Source: Macrostomum lignano | Taxonomy: Eukaryota | NCBI GenBank assembly: GCA_002269645.1 | Contig: NIVC01003731.1 | Coordinates: forward strand, 1-64,000 | Length of the DNA: 64,000 nt | Direction of reading: 5' to 3' | Position numbers and translations under genes: made by a program | Part shown: positions 23,515 through 35,943 of the stretch, piece by piece | How the letters are laid out: every line of letters starts with the position of its first letter | Position numbering within the stretch: position 1 is the stretch's first letter | Notes under the pieces: model-generated | What the model saw: the letters and a program-made list of their open reading frames with translations, nothing else | Databases searched by the model: none | Told to the model about the DNA's origin: nothing

Positions 23515-24093
23515 CAAATCTGCCTCTCCGCTCCCTCAGTCCTTGAGAATCAGCCTCTCCGCTCCATCAGTCCTTGAGAATCTGCCTCTCCGCTCCCTCA
23601 TTCCTTCAGAATCTGCCTCTCCGCTCCCTCAGTCCTTGAGAATCTGCCTCTCCGCTCCATCAGTCCTTGAGAATCTGCCTCTCCGCTCCCTCATTCCTTC
23701 AGAATCTGCCTCTCCGCTCCCTCATTCCTTCAGAATCTGCCTCTCCGCTCCCTCACTCCTTGAGAATCGGCCTTTCCGCTCCATCAGTCCTTGAGAATCT
23801 GCCTCTCCACTCTATCAGTCCTTGAGAATCGGCCTTTCCGCTCCATCAGTCCTTGAGAATCTGCCTCTCCACTCCCTCAGTCCTTGAGAATCTGCCTCTC
23901 CGCTCCCTCAGTCCTTGAGAATCTGCCTCTCCACTCCCTCATTCCTTCAGAATCTGCCTCTCCACTCCATCAGTCCTTGAGAATCTGCCTCCCCGCTCCA
24001 TCAGTCCTTGAGAATCTGCCTCTCCACTCTATCAGTCCTTGAGAATCTGCCTCTCCGCTCCATCAGTCCTTGAGAATCTGTCTCTCAGATTCT
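23515..24093. repeat. 31-bp minisatellite (GAATCTGCCTCTCCGCTCCCTCAGTCCTTGA), about 18 copies, ending in a short fold-back
   Basis: Direct reading. Confidence 0.95.
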
Positions 24094-24828
24094 TTGAATC
24101 CTGTAGCAATCCTCTTCAGATGAAGAGCCTGCGATCTTGTCCCAATCCTTTTAAGAGATCAATCTACATTCCCACTCAGTTTGGTCTCACAGTCTAACTT
24201 AAATGCCTGTCATTCTTCTCATCGCCCAGAGCTCTCCGCACATCCACCTGGAAGGCTTAGGCGCCATGGCCTTCACAGCAGAACCCGTGAATGGAGGCCA
24301 ATTTCTAGTTGGTTCTGAGCAAAGAAACTAACGCCAATGAAACGTGTGTATGCGTGTGTTTTTTCACCTTCCTCTCGCCATCGGTTATTTTTTTTTTCGC
24401 GCTCCAACCCGCTTACGGCTGGCCAAGTGTCGCCGCGTGAGCTGTTCTTAGAGAAACTGTTTGAAACACTGCAAGGCGAGAGATGACGAGACAGAGAGAG
24501 AGGCGAGAGTTCCTTTCAGCCTGTCTGTAGATCGATGCCACATCCCAGCCATTCTCTGTGCTGCAGTATTGTTGCAGGCTTTGCAGGCGTTCATGTTTGT
24601 TGCCTCATCTCTTTTTCCGATGCGCTCATTCTCCATGTTGCCTAATGTCTTCATGTCATCGGCCACCTCTTCAAAATTGATGTCGTTAACGCTGCATCAG
24701 CTTCAGTAGAAGATTCTATTCGATTCAAATGATCGCAGAAAGGAAAGGGTATTCTTGAACTTCAGCTTATTATATAGTATAACATAGCTTTCACCTGGAT
24801 AGGATAATCTTATTAGCTTAAAGAAGAG

Positions 24829-24935
24829 ATTGTACAATGCCTGACGATTAGAAAGTCAAGGGCTGCTGTACACCCTTGTGTGAGCGAGTGTATGACTTGC
24901 CTCATGTCAATATCGCCGTAGGCGTTGCGCCAGGG
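24829..24935 (+). mobile_element. SINE family 2 fragment, internally deleted
   Basis: tgtacaatgcctgacgattagaaagtcaagggctgctgtacaccc and tcgccgtaggcgttgcgcca match the 42266-42490 copy. Confidence 0.7.
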
Positions 24936-26384
24936 TACCTAAAACTCACCTGGTAATTAAACTCAATTAAAGACTTTTATTGTAATTAATGTATTACCTA
25001 GCAAAGTTCAGTTAGTTTCAAAAACAATGCCTGTGGGACTCCCCTGTTAGTTCTCCTGTTAGGTAATGGTGTCTCATTATGATTGTTTAATGACAATAAT
25101 AATTCAGCCATTGTTATCTGGGCGCGGGTTAATTGTATGGCGCCTGCTGGCTTGTGTCTCGCATCTTGGCAACATTTTTTTTATTATTCTGGCCAGCTCA
25201 AAATCTCCTCGTCCCGTTTCTCTGTGTCTGTCTTCTTTCCCCTCCTGTTTTTTTCTACCTTTCCCGCCGTACCGAAGAAGTTTAATACGCAGGTCCCAGG
25301 TAAGCTAGCCGCTGGCGCCGGCGCTAAATACAGGTTGGACAGGAGGCCAATACTGGCTGGATTTGAGTAGCTGGCAGTTAGAGCCGGGAGAGAGTGAGCG
25401 CAAGTGTACCTGGCCATGCGGCACTGCGGAAACCATTCTAAATTATGCATTCCCATTCTTGGCGCGCCAGCTGAGGAGGTTGGGTTGGCGGCCAACTCCG
25501 CACTAAATATTGCGCCTTGTCTTCGGGATCTGATGGTTCGTTGAAGTGGGAAAATTCTCCCATTTCCATCCGTCCCCAGCCTGTGACGCGGCCATCCGGC
25601 AGCCCTCGGTTAGACGAGATCCAAAAAAATTTCCATTGACAACAACCGCCCCTGTAAAATCACTTTGATCAGGCAAGCTCCCCCCCCTGACCCCTTAAAT
25701 ACACCTGGCACTAGCTACTGCTGTTGAATATGTTTACACTGTTACTCAGCCAACCAGCCAGTTTATAAACCTAGTCGCTGTATTTCTCCATAAGAGATAA
25801 GAGCCTTGAGATCATCGCTTCCAGTTCGATTAGTCGCTATTTTATTCCACTCGACTGTGGGCTCCACTGTCTGTGTCCGGCCTGAAGCTTATTTGCAAGC
25901 TGGCTTCTCCTTCCGAGCCCTACCCGCCAGCAAGCGGTATCAAATTCCCATTGCGGATGCGCTGAAGATGCCTCATCAAGGCTTAGGGATAGACTGCAGC
26001 GAGAGGGAGAGGTTAGAGAAAGAAAAATAACTGTGCGCATTATTGTTAGCCAGAGTGCCGGTCCTGGGGGCTCGCTTTCCTCGGCTGGCTCGTATATCTC
26101 TGTCTGTTGGGGTTTTACTTTTTCATATTGGCTGTGGGCCTGCGCTGACCAAGCATTGGCTTCTCAATTGAGCTGCTTGAGGCGAAAAAATTGATAGAAC
26201 TAACTGCATAGAGAGACTGTCGGTGTTATGCAACAGCGCAAATTTAGTCGTACGTCAACATTTTTAATGGAATATAAATTGGATAGCTACATGTAGCGGG
26301 CAGCTGAGACATCGAGGAAACTTACCATTTTACAGCAGGTCCTTATGGACACAGCTTAGCCATGATGCATGCTCTATGAACCAC

Positions 26385-27260
26385 TGCCAGCCTTCCTGAT
26401 CCCCAGTTGCTGTGCTGCCAGCCTCCCAGGGTGTCAGTTGGTGGACAAGCCTCCCAGAGTGTCAGTTGCTGGGCCAGCCTCCCAGGGTGTCAGTTGGTGG
26501 ACAAGCCTCCCAGAGTGTCAGGTGCTGGGCCAGCCTCCCAGAGTGTCAGTTGCTGTGCCGCCAGCCTCCCAGATCCTCAGTTGCTGGGCCAGCCTCCCAT
26601 GCAGAGTGTCAGTTGCTGGGCCAGCCTCCCAGATCCTCAGTTATTGGGCCGCCAGCCTTCCAGATTCTCAGTTGCTGGGCCATCCTCCCAGATCCTCAGT
26701 TGCTGTGCCTCCAGCCTCCCAGATCCTCAGTTGCTGGGCCATCCTCCCAGATCCTCAGTTGCTGTGCCTCCAGCCTCCCAGATCCTCAGTTGCTGGGCCA
26801 GCCTCCCAGATCCTCAGTTGCTGTACCTCCAGCCTCCCAGATCCTCAGTTGCTGGGCCAGCCTCCCAGAGTGTCAGTTGCTGTGCTGCCAGCCTTTCAGA
26901 TCCTCAGTTGCTGTACCTCCAGCCTTCCAGATCCTCAGTTGCTGGGCCAGCCTCCCAGAGTGTCAGTTGCTGTGCTGCCAGCCTTTCAGATCCTCAGTTG
27001 CTGTACCTCCAGCCTTCCAGATCCTCAGTTGCTGTGCCTCCAGCCTCCCAGAGTGTCAGTTGCTGGGCCAGCCTCCCAGATCCTCAGTTATTGGGCCGCC
27101 AGCCTTCCAGATTCTCAGTTGCTGGGCCATCCTCCCAGATCCTCAGTTGCTGTGCTGCCAGCCTCCCAGATCCTCAGTTGCTGGGCCAGCCTCCCAGAGT
27201 GTCAGTTGCTGTGCTGCCAGCCTTCCAGATCCTCAGTTGTGCTACCGACCTCCCAGACCC
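26385..27260. repeat. 28-bp minisatellite family (CCAGCCTCCCAGATCCTCAGTTGCTGGG), array 1
   Basis: Direct reading; same monomer as 28360-28745 and 51748-52625. Confidence 0.95.
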
Positions 27261-28359
27261 TCAGATTAGATATTTTAGTTTTAAAAACCAATGCCACTTA
27301 AAAGCCTTTAACCGTACGAGGATAAACCTTAGTCTAAGTATAAAGCGAAGTTAGTTTGAAGAAAAGGAATTTCGGTTTCTCAATTTCGTGACTAGAGAGC
27401 TGTGACACTCCTTTGGCCTTTCGTCTGCCAGATCGCGAAGGCCGCGGTCATAAAATTGGGTAGAAAAAGCAAGAGAAAAGGAGAGGAGCAGAGGTTGGGA
27501 GAATTTCCACCCCACACGCAAGACCATGACCGGATTGTTGGCCACAATTCCATCTTCTTGGTCCTTAACCGCAGGATAAAACTCTATTTTTTAAATTGAA
27601 TACTTTCGACGACCTTTCGGTTGTTTTCTTGAGCAGAGTAGTGCACCGGTACTGGTTAGCTTGAGCCGGCATCTCCCGCCTGCTAACTTGTCCTTTATGC
27701 GGGAGTTCTGTTGTGTCCCAGCTGGCAAGTGGCTGGATTCTATGTATACATTTTCATGGCAGCCTTGTGGAACAGGGCTTCTGGGGCCCCCCTTACCCGT
27801 ACGCTGAGGCTGCAAAGGCCCCATCGATTCTCCATTGCTGTCGCTTCCCAACTCTTCTCTCTGCCGGACTCTCGATCTGCCTGACTTGGCGCATTTCTCC
27901 CCTTTGGGGATCGAACTTTCGCTGGAGGTATGAATATGTAAAAAAGTGGCCCGTATCTCTCTATCTCTCCTCTGCTGTCCCTCCTTCTGCTTGCCTCAGC
28001 TGCACAGCCAGCTTCTGTCTTATTTTCTGCCCATCACTGTCCGAGTTCCTGAGGCGATGGGCCCTGCCTGCCGCCGCCGCAGATATGATGCGAGTAATTT
28101 CAATTTACTGTCTTGCGATCTAGTCCAAGTCTGGTCCGTCTGTCAGATTGCCGCGTCCGCGCGCTGTTCAAGAAGAATATTCATATACTTGTTCTTTACT
28201 GAGAATCGGAAATCTGATTTTTGTATGCATGTGTGTGAACTTACTTCACTGGCTGCTGGGCCTATGGGAAATATTTGAGATTGTTTGCGGTAAATTTGCT
28301 GCATCTGCCACTAGGTTCGGCTTGTGCACTTTCATGATTGTTTACTCCAAGCTTCTCTG

Positions 28360-28745
28360 AACCGCCAGCCTCCCAGATCCTCAGTTGCTGTGCCAGCCTC
28401 CCAGATCCTCAGTTGCTGGGCCGCCAGCCTCCCAGATCCTCAGTTGCTGGGCCAGCCTCCCAAATCCTCAGGTGCTGGGCCAGCCTCCCAGATCCTCAGT
28501 TGCTGGGCCGCCAGCCTCCCAGATCCTCAGTTGCTGGGCCAGCCTCCCAGATCCTCAGGTGCTGGGCCAGCCTCCCAGATCCTCAGTTGCTGGGCCAGCC
28601 TCCCAGATCCTCAGGTGCTGGGCCAGCCTCCCAGATCCTCAGTTGCTGGGCCAGCCTCCCAGATCCTCAGTTGCTGGGCCAGCTTCCCAGAGTGTCAGTT
28701 GCTGGGCCAGCCTCCTAGATCCTCAGGTGCTGGGCTAGCCTCCCA
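28360..28745. repeat. 28-bp minisatellite family, array 2
   Basis: Direct reading. Confidence 0.95.
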
Positions 28746-29152
28746 GATCGTGGCAGATCGATATTTAATGCTGTTAGCTATATGCCCCACCCATCATGTG
28801 CTGACAGGTGCTAAGCAGCAAACGATGGAGAGGGGATGCTGCAGGTGTTGCCAGGCCCCGCACTCAGCTCAGCCCGCCCAGCTGGGACAATTTTTTCATC
28901 CAAGGCAATAGCGGATAGCGAGGCTGTAGGTGAAGGCAGGCGAGCTCAGTAGGCTTAGGAGAATCTGCCAAGGTGAAAAAGGTAAACTGTGAGTGCCAGT
29001 GCGCGTGTATGCAGAGTAGGAAACTGCGCTTATGGTGGGCCCTCCCGCTTTTTTCCAGGGCAAAAAAGTGTCTCATTTCCTATCGCTAAGGCGATATCAG
29101 GCAGGCGCCCGCAACTTTCAATTGCCTGTCCTTTGCTTCACTTTCCTCTCAG

Positions 29153-29274
29153 CAGTTTGGTTAAATCGTGCAATAGTGCGGGCTGAGCTCAAGCGTCTTC
29201 ATTGTGTCGCACGCCGTTCTCTATTGCACCCGAACCCTGTTGCCCAAATTATTAATGCTATAGCCAATGCTCAG
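29153..29274 (+). CDS. Candidate exon (AVWLNRAIVRAELKRLHCVARRSLLHPNPVAQIINAIANAQ), coding or UTR
   Basis: Strong acceptor ctttgcttcactttcctctcAG (NAGNAG) and donor CAG|GTATGC. Only the phase-1-start frame is open; it ends in phase 0. No family recognised. Confidence 0.35.
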
Positions 29275-30579
29275 GTATGCAGCTCTCTTACATTTAACGT
29301 GTTGGGATCGCTATTGTGCGCCATCCAGTGTCCAGCATCCGGTCAGGAGCTTCAGTGGTAATATATGGTAGAACTAGTTGATGATGAAGTTGGCTCTTTC
29401 TCAGCGCCACCCTGGCGCATACCTACTAGGTGTGTACACACACACGTATATAGAGAGAAAGTTAATAACGTTTCACCTTCACCTTCATAGGTGCGCCGCA
29501 ATAAATCACTCTTTAATCTCTTTCCCTGTGTGTCCACCAGATGGTCAGAATTCCTCACTGTGTGCCTGTCTTCGGGTTGCGCGCTCATATTATTCTTTAT
29601 AAAACAATACTTAAATTTTGGTACAAGGCTATTCCTGCTGTAGAAATATTGTCATTATTATTATTATTATGGAAATATAGTCGTATTTTGCTAATATTAA
29701 TGAATATACGAGCGTATTGTATTACGCAATACTTTTCCTGGGGTCTGACTAAAATCCCAGCTGCTCCGGCTATTGTTGCGAGCCCACCACCCCACCACCA
29801 GGTGTAGCACCGCCGCCTGAGTGAAACAGCGGTGCGATAGTATGTAAAAAGTGAATAGCAACGATTCACTAGATTTTATGGGGTCTGCGAGTATAGCCAT
29901 ATGTTGAGTTCGATATCTCTAGGGTCACTTTTCAACTTTATCTGTAACGTCTACTCTACTTCTACTATATCTACCTCTCTCTGTCTCACCCTGCATCTAC
30001 TCACAGTCTCACTGTGTCTACCTCTCTGTCTCACCCTGCATCTACTCACAGTCTCACTGCCTCAATACTGTAACTTGATATTCATCATTCAGCCAGTCTA
30101 CTTTAAAATATATTTATTCCACTCTTTTCATTGTTCGCTAATACAAGACAATGGCTGCTTCATAAAAAATAGTTAAATATCCAGCTTTGGTAGTGAACAA
30201 GAGACACGTGTCTAAAAGGAGCTCGTAGGACTTGAGCATAGGCTGAGTCACTCGCAAGAGACTCATTAATAAGACGAGTTCTCAGCAGTTGAGAATTATA
30301 AGTAGTCAGTTTATCTTTAATTTTTACTGTTGTTTATCCTCCTACTTGACGATCGTCTATAGTTGAGACTTTAATACGATAAGGTGCCACTTAGAGGCCA
30401 CTTTACTGTCGGGACGGCGGCTTTGTATTTGCCCTGCCTATTGTGCACTGAGTCTTTGTGCCGCTCTTGGTTGCCACTTGAAGTTCTGGATAATATAGAA
30501 AATGAAGGCAATTCAACCAATCATCGGTTTTTATGCATACAGTATACGAGCTACTAATGTCTTTTTCGCCTACTCACCG

Positions 30580-31245
30580 TTTTTCACTGTGTGAATGCTT
30601 GACTGTGTGAATACTTTTCTGTGTGAATGCTTTACTGTGTGAATGCTTTACTGTGTGAATGCTTTATTAGGTAAATGCTTTTCTGTGTGAATGCTTTACC
30701 GTGTGAATGCTTTACTCTGTGAATGCTTGACTGTGTGAATGCTTGACTGTGTGAATGCTTGACTGTGTGAATGCTTGACTGTGTGAATGCTTGACTGTGT
30801 GAATGCTTTATTAGGTAAATGCTTTTCTGTGTGAATGCTTTACCGTGTGAATGCTTTACTAGGTGAAAGCTTTACTAGGTAAATGCTTGACTGTGTGAAT
30901 GATTTACCGTGTGAATGCTTGACTGTGTGAATTATTGGCTGTGTGAATTATTGGCTGTGTGAATTATTGGCTGTGTGAATTATTGGCTGTGTGAATTATT
31001 AGCTGTGTGATTATTGGCTGTGTGAATTATTGGCTGTGTTAATTATTGGCTGTGTGAATAATTGGCTGTGTGAATTATTGGCTGTGTGAATTATTGGCTG
31101 TGTGAATAATTGGCTGTGTTAATTATTGGCTGTGTGAATAATTGGCTGTGTGAATTATTGGCTGTGTGAATTATTGGCTGTGTGAATAATTGGCTGTGGG
31201 AATTATTGGCTGTGTGAATTATTGGCTGTGTGAATGCTTCACTAA
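30580..31245. repeat. Composite 16-bp minisatellite: TGTGAATGCTTGACTG domain switching at about 30925 to TGTGAATTATTGGCTG
   Basis: Direct reading. Confidence 0.95.
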
Positions 31246-31544
31246 ATATAGGTACATACTTGATAGTATATTCAGAGTACTGCGTGAATGCAGTGAATGC
31301 GAAGGTTTTACTCATAATCTCTTTCACCGGATTTTATGATCCAAAGCATTCGCTATACTTATTTATAGCGTCTTAGTCAACTGCGTGCTCGCTTAACTGA
31401 TGGCCCCGCGTCAGTTATGCAAATGCTATAGCTATAATGCATGTTTACTACTGACTTTACTACTGACTTGACTATGTAGCCAGTTTTCACTACTTTCTTC
31501 TATTATCTCTTTTCGACTTTGCTTCAATTAACTGTCGCCTGTCT

Positions 31545-32035
31545 GTTGTGTCTGTCTTAGTGTCTGTCTTAGTGTCTATCTTAGTATCTATCTTAGTGTC
31601 TATCTTAGTGTCTGTCTTAGTGTCTGTCTTAGTGTCTATCTTAGTGTCTGTTTTAGTGTCTGTCTTAGTGTCTGTCTTAGTGTCTGTCTTAGTGTCTGTT
31701 TTAGTGTCTGTCTTAGTGTCTGTCTTAGTGTCTGCCTTAGTGTCTGTCTTAGTGTCTGTCTTAGTGTCTGTCTTAGTGTCTGTCTTGTGTCTGTCTTGTG
31801 TCTGTCTCTGCGTGTCAATTAGTGTCTGTCTTAGTGTGTCTCAGTGTCTGTCCTAGTGTATCTTATTAGTGTCTGTCTTAGTGTGTCCTAGTGTCTGTCT
31901 TAGTGTGTCTTAGTGTCTGTATCAGTGTGTCTTAGTGTCTGTCTTAGTGTGTCCTAGTGTCTTTATTAGTCTGCCTTAGTGTCTGTCTTAGTGTCTGTTT
32001 TAGTGTCTGCCTTAGTGTCTGTCTCTCTGTCTGTC
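31545..32035 (+). repeat. 12-bp minisatellite (TGTCTGTCTTAG), homogeneous 5' part and irregular 3' part
   Basis: Direct reading; an inverted relative lies at 49531-50092. Confidence 0.95.
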
Positions 32036-32559
32036 TCCACACGCTGCAACCCACAACTAACTGCATACGATGTCTTGTGCACTTTACTTCCATTCAGCAA
32101 GTTGAAAGTCTGAAGTTTAAATGAGCAGTCCGTTTAGTTTTTTGTTTTCATTCTATGAATGGAGGAGTTCCTTATGAGAGACTTAAGATGGCGCTTGCAC
32201 TTTTGCACCTGGCAACGGGTCCGTTCTCCTTTCTTTTTTGTTTCCTGCTATTTGTGGGCTCTGAATAATTTAAAAGGCCGTCTCAGCTCGATGGCAGCCG
32301 GACTGTGGGCGATTCCAGCCTCCTTAAGCCACTTGTAGGACTGGGCGGAGACGGATGTTGCTGAATAGAAAAAAATTGTTATTACAATTACGATGAAGAG
32401 TTTTTTACTCATTGCACTTCTGTACCTCAGATATATTGATATATTGTGGAACATTAACACTTGAACTGGCTAAGGCGCTGTATTTGGTACTTTCTTGCCT
32501 TAAGCATACTTTGTGCACCGGCTGCTTACGGAGCCTCATCGTATTTCTTATCTCGCTCT

Positions 32560-32765
32560 GTGTCTCACTGTTAGTATCTCACTCTCAGTATCTCACACTC
32601 GGTATCTCACTCTCAGTATCTCACACTCAGTATCTCACTCTCAGTATCTCACTCTCAGTATCTCACTCTCAGTATCTCACTCTCAGTATCTCACTCTCAG
32701 TATCTCACTCTCAGTATCTCACTCTCAGTATCTCACTCTCAGTATTTCACACTCAGTATCTCAAA
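32560..32765. repeat. 14-bp minisatellite (TCTCACTCTCAGTA)
   Basis: Direct reading. Confidence 0.93.
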
Positions 32766-33671
32766 ATTTATCCATTTATATCTCATTCTCACATTCTCAC
32801 ATCTCACATTCTATCTATTTTTATCTCACCCTCAGTATCTTGTCCTTCTCACCTTTGTTTTAGCATATATTTATTTCAGTAGTTTTTTCCCTCTTTTTTC
32901 CTAGGAATTGCATAAAATTCAAAATATTCTACTATGAGTAAACCACAGAGGTACGCAAGTGTATTTTTACGGGTAATTCTTCAAGTCATTCTAGCTGGTA
33001 AGTTCTAATTTGTAGGGCTTGGTCTGAATTTACAGAGCCAGCAACCTGCAGAATGTGAGCGTAAAGTTGGCGTGGAAAGCAGCACTTTCACTGGCAGCCA
33101 CTGGGCGAGGCAGTGAAAACACAAACAAAATGATTTAGATAGCTTCGGCTGCACTTGGAGACCTGTCATTCATGGCCGTACTTTTTTCACCTATTCAACT
33201 AGGTATTCTTTCTGTCACACCTTTTCATAAGCCACCACCTTCTTCCAGAGCACTTCCCAGCCAAGAGAGGCCAGTTGAGTTTTTCTTCAACAGGCCTGGC
33301 GCCATCCGCACTGTGTCACGGTGTTGAATTATTAATAATAGCCAAAGTGTTGACGGTTTTTTTCAGCATGGACTCAATGAGGAAGTAGTTTTAAGTAGGC
33401 CTTCGCTTTCCACAGCATCAGGTGGGGTCCGGTCCTAAAGCTTAAAGTACTGAATTTTTATATTGTTCGACAAAGCATCTGTAGGTCTGACATAACCGTT
33501 AATTTAATATTTTCAAATAATTCCATTTTCGATTCAAATTTTAGTTCTTGACTTCCACTGTTTATGGCATTAATTTGTGCTTCTAGCTATTGTTAGTAGT
33601 ATAAATTAGAGGCATTTTATATTTGCTTACTATCTGCGTGTTTGGCACCAATGACTCACACAATGGCTTAT

Positions 33672-34240
33672 GGTTGGCGCCACACTGGCTTATTAATATT
33701 GGCGCCACACTGGCTCATTAATATTGGCGCCACACTGGCTCATTAATATTGGCGCCACTCATTAATATTGGCGCCACACTGGCTCATTAATATTGGCGCC
33801 ACTCATTATTATTGGTGCCACACTGGCTCATTGATATTGGCGCCACACTGGCTCATTAATATTGGCACCACTCATTATTATTGGCGCCACACTGGCTCAT
33901 TGATATTGGCGTCACACTAGCTCATTAATATTGGCGCCACTCATTATTATTGGCGCCACACTGGCTCATTAATATTGGCGCCACACTGGCTCATTAATAT
34001 TGGCGCCACACTGGCTCATTAATATTGGCGCCACACTGGCTCATTAATATTGGCGCCACACTGGCTCATTAATATTGGCGCCACACTGGCTCAGTAATAT
34101 TGGCGCCACTCATTAATATTGGCGCCACACTCTCTCATTAATATTGGCGCCACATTGGCTCATTAATATTGGCGCCACACTGGCTCAGTAATATTGGCGC
34201 CAAACTGGCTCATTAATATTGGCGCCACACTGGCTCATTA
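33672..34240. repeat. 25-bp minisatellite (CATTAATATTGGCGCCACACTGGCT) with 18-bp deletion variants
   Basis: Direct reading. Confidence 0.95.
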
Positions 34241-35644
34241 AAGTATTAATATTGACTCACCAGAGACATAGACAGACTGTGCAACACAAAGTGGCTGCTG
34301 GCAGTGTGAGCATGCTTCTCAAAACAGCCGGCTCCTCAATCTCACTTTGCCCTCCCCAGTCTCCGCCGCTCTTCATCCAACGATGCCGTCATCATTGCGC
34401 ACGCAACCCCTATCAAAGGACCGTGAAAAACATTATAAAAACAGTTTTGAAAAACACCGCCTGAAGGCAGTTGAACAGAAACTTCCTGCAAATTTTCTAA
34501 TATGCTTGAGCATCTCAGCATCTTTGAGTGCGGATATTCAGTCTGGCAAAACCGGCTATTGCCCCCCCCTTTTTACGTAAGCGATTAATCTCGCTTCATG
34601 GGTTCGAAAAGAGTTGCTGTTAGGTTTTCGGCACATGGGAGCCTAAAATGGATGCATATATACGCAGCAGCGACTGCAGGGATTGAATAGATGTCCCATA
34701 CTAATCAAAGTAATGCGATTTGGCGTTTGTCTCCCCCCAAGCTCCTGTCAATGGTAGGATGGATGATCCGGAACGGTCTTCAACCCCTACTAAGGCATGC
34801 AATTGTCCACCGTTAGACTGACGGGGTGAACAAGGTGAAAATGGCAGGAATGAGCTGACAGAGGTGTGAGCGGACAGACTTTACGTACAAGCTGACACCG
34901 TTTTTTTCTCTCTTTTACCTTACCTTAACTTGGCCCAGAAGAGGACAGAAGCAGTGCAAAAATGAAACAAGCTGGTGAAAGTCAGGAAGTGCCACTTAAA
35001 GCAGACATTTTGGCTACAAGAAGTCCCAGTAGAGTAGAGTAGAGTTAAAAGCTGCAGCAGCCACTTAAGGTGCAATTCCTAAGTCCTTCTAGCATTCTCT
35101 GCTCAGAGAGAAGACTGGTACACAGAAAGTGAGCGGGGCCGAGCAGCTCAAGTGAGCTGGCGATATCCGATTGAAATTTTCTGGAAAGCGGATCCTGCAG
35201 AAGCGGCATCTTGTAAATTACATAAAGCGGGGGGGGCATTATGAGCAAAGGAAACTCACTACTCCCACACTCCCCTAACAATCCAGCAGCTCTAATTAAC
35301 TACTGAGAATTTTTTCTTCTCTGAGAAAAAAACCGGCACGCAGGTAAAATTGGCGAGAGGCAGACGCCACTTGGCGTATAGATGCCGGCGTAGAGATAAG
35401 CTTTATGATTAATATATTGCTGGCATCAATTATTAGTAGACCGACGGGCGACTGAGCACATGTATAAATACACAGGTGCAAGCGAACTTGATAGGCGAAA
35501 ATAATCATTGATAAAAATAGCCATCATAGATTTGGGCGCCACCTTGTCTACACTGGGGAGTACTAACTCTTCGAAAATTAAACTTAAACTTTCCAAATCA
35601 CGCTTGACAGACATTGTGATGCCCAAAATTAGCTAGACGCAAAA

Positions 35645-35943
35645 TTAATAATAATAATAATTGATTACACCTGCCCCTATTGGGCCAGATGTGCAACCGA
35701 CAGCTCAGCCGCAGCTATTGCGCAGTGCATCTGAAGACTGCGTACGGCTGTTCAGTCCAAAGACTGGGGGTCACCACACAGCCTCAATTAACACAGCTAA
35801 TGCTGGCACCCATTTTACAGCTGAGTGAACTGAAGCAATGCAGAGTTAAGTGTCTGGCTCAAGGACACAAATTATTTCGATGGGTCGAGAATCGAACCTT
35901 TCAGTCGTGTGTCCGACGCTCTAACCACTAGACTACAACCCCG
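35645..35943 (-). mobile_element. SINE family 1, near full-length copy with (TAA)n tail
   Basis: Reverse complement aligns end to end with 1402-1709, with a short deletion in the tRNA head. Confidence 0.88.

Noticed and set aside
24448-24700. Minus-strand ORF with a GKR amidation/cleavage-like site (ENERIGKR)
   Set aside because: Single site, no signal-peptide exon or repeated peptides found; insufficient for a neuropeptide call.
26369-27354. 285-315 aa Pro/Ser/Gln ORFs in all three frames (also 28324-28911 and 51762-52717)
   Set aside because: The 28-bp stop-free monomer gives 28-aa periodicity in every frame.
34360-34576. Splice-bounded open frame (phase 1 to 2); similar cases at 42966-43100 and 32248-32370 on the minus strand
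   Set aside because: No recognisable domain and no phase-compatible partner exons.
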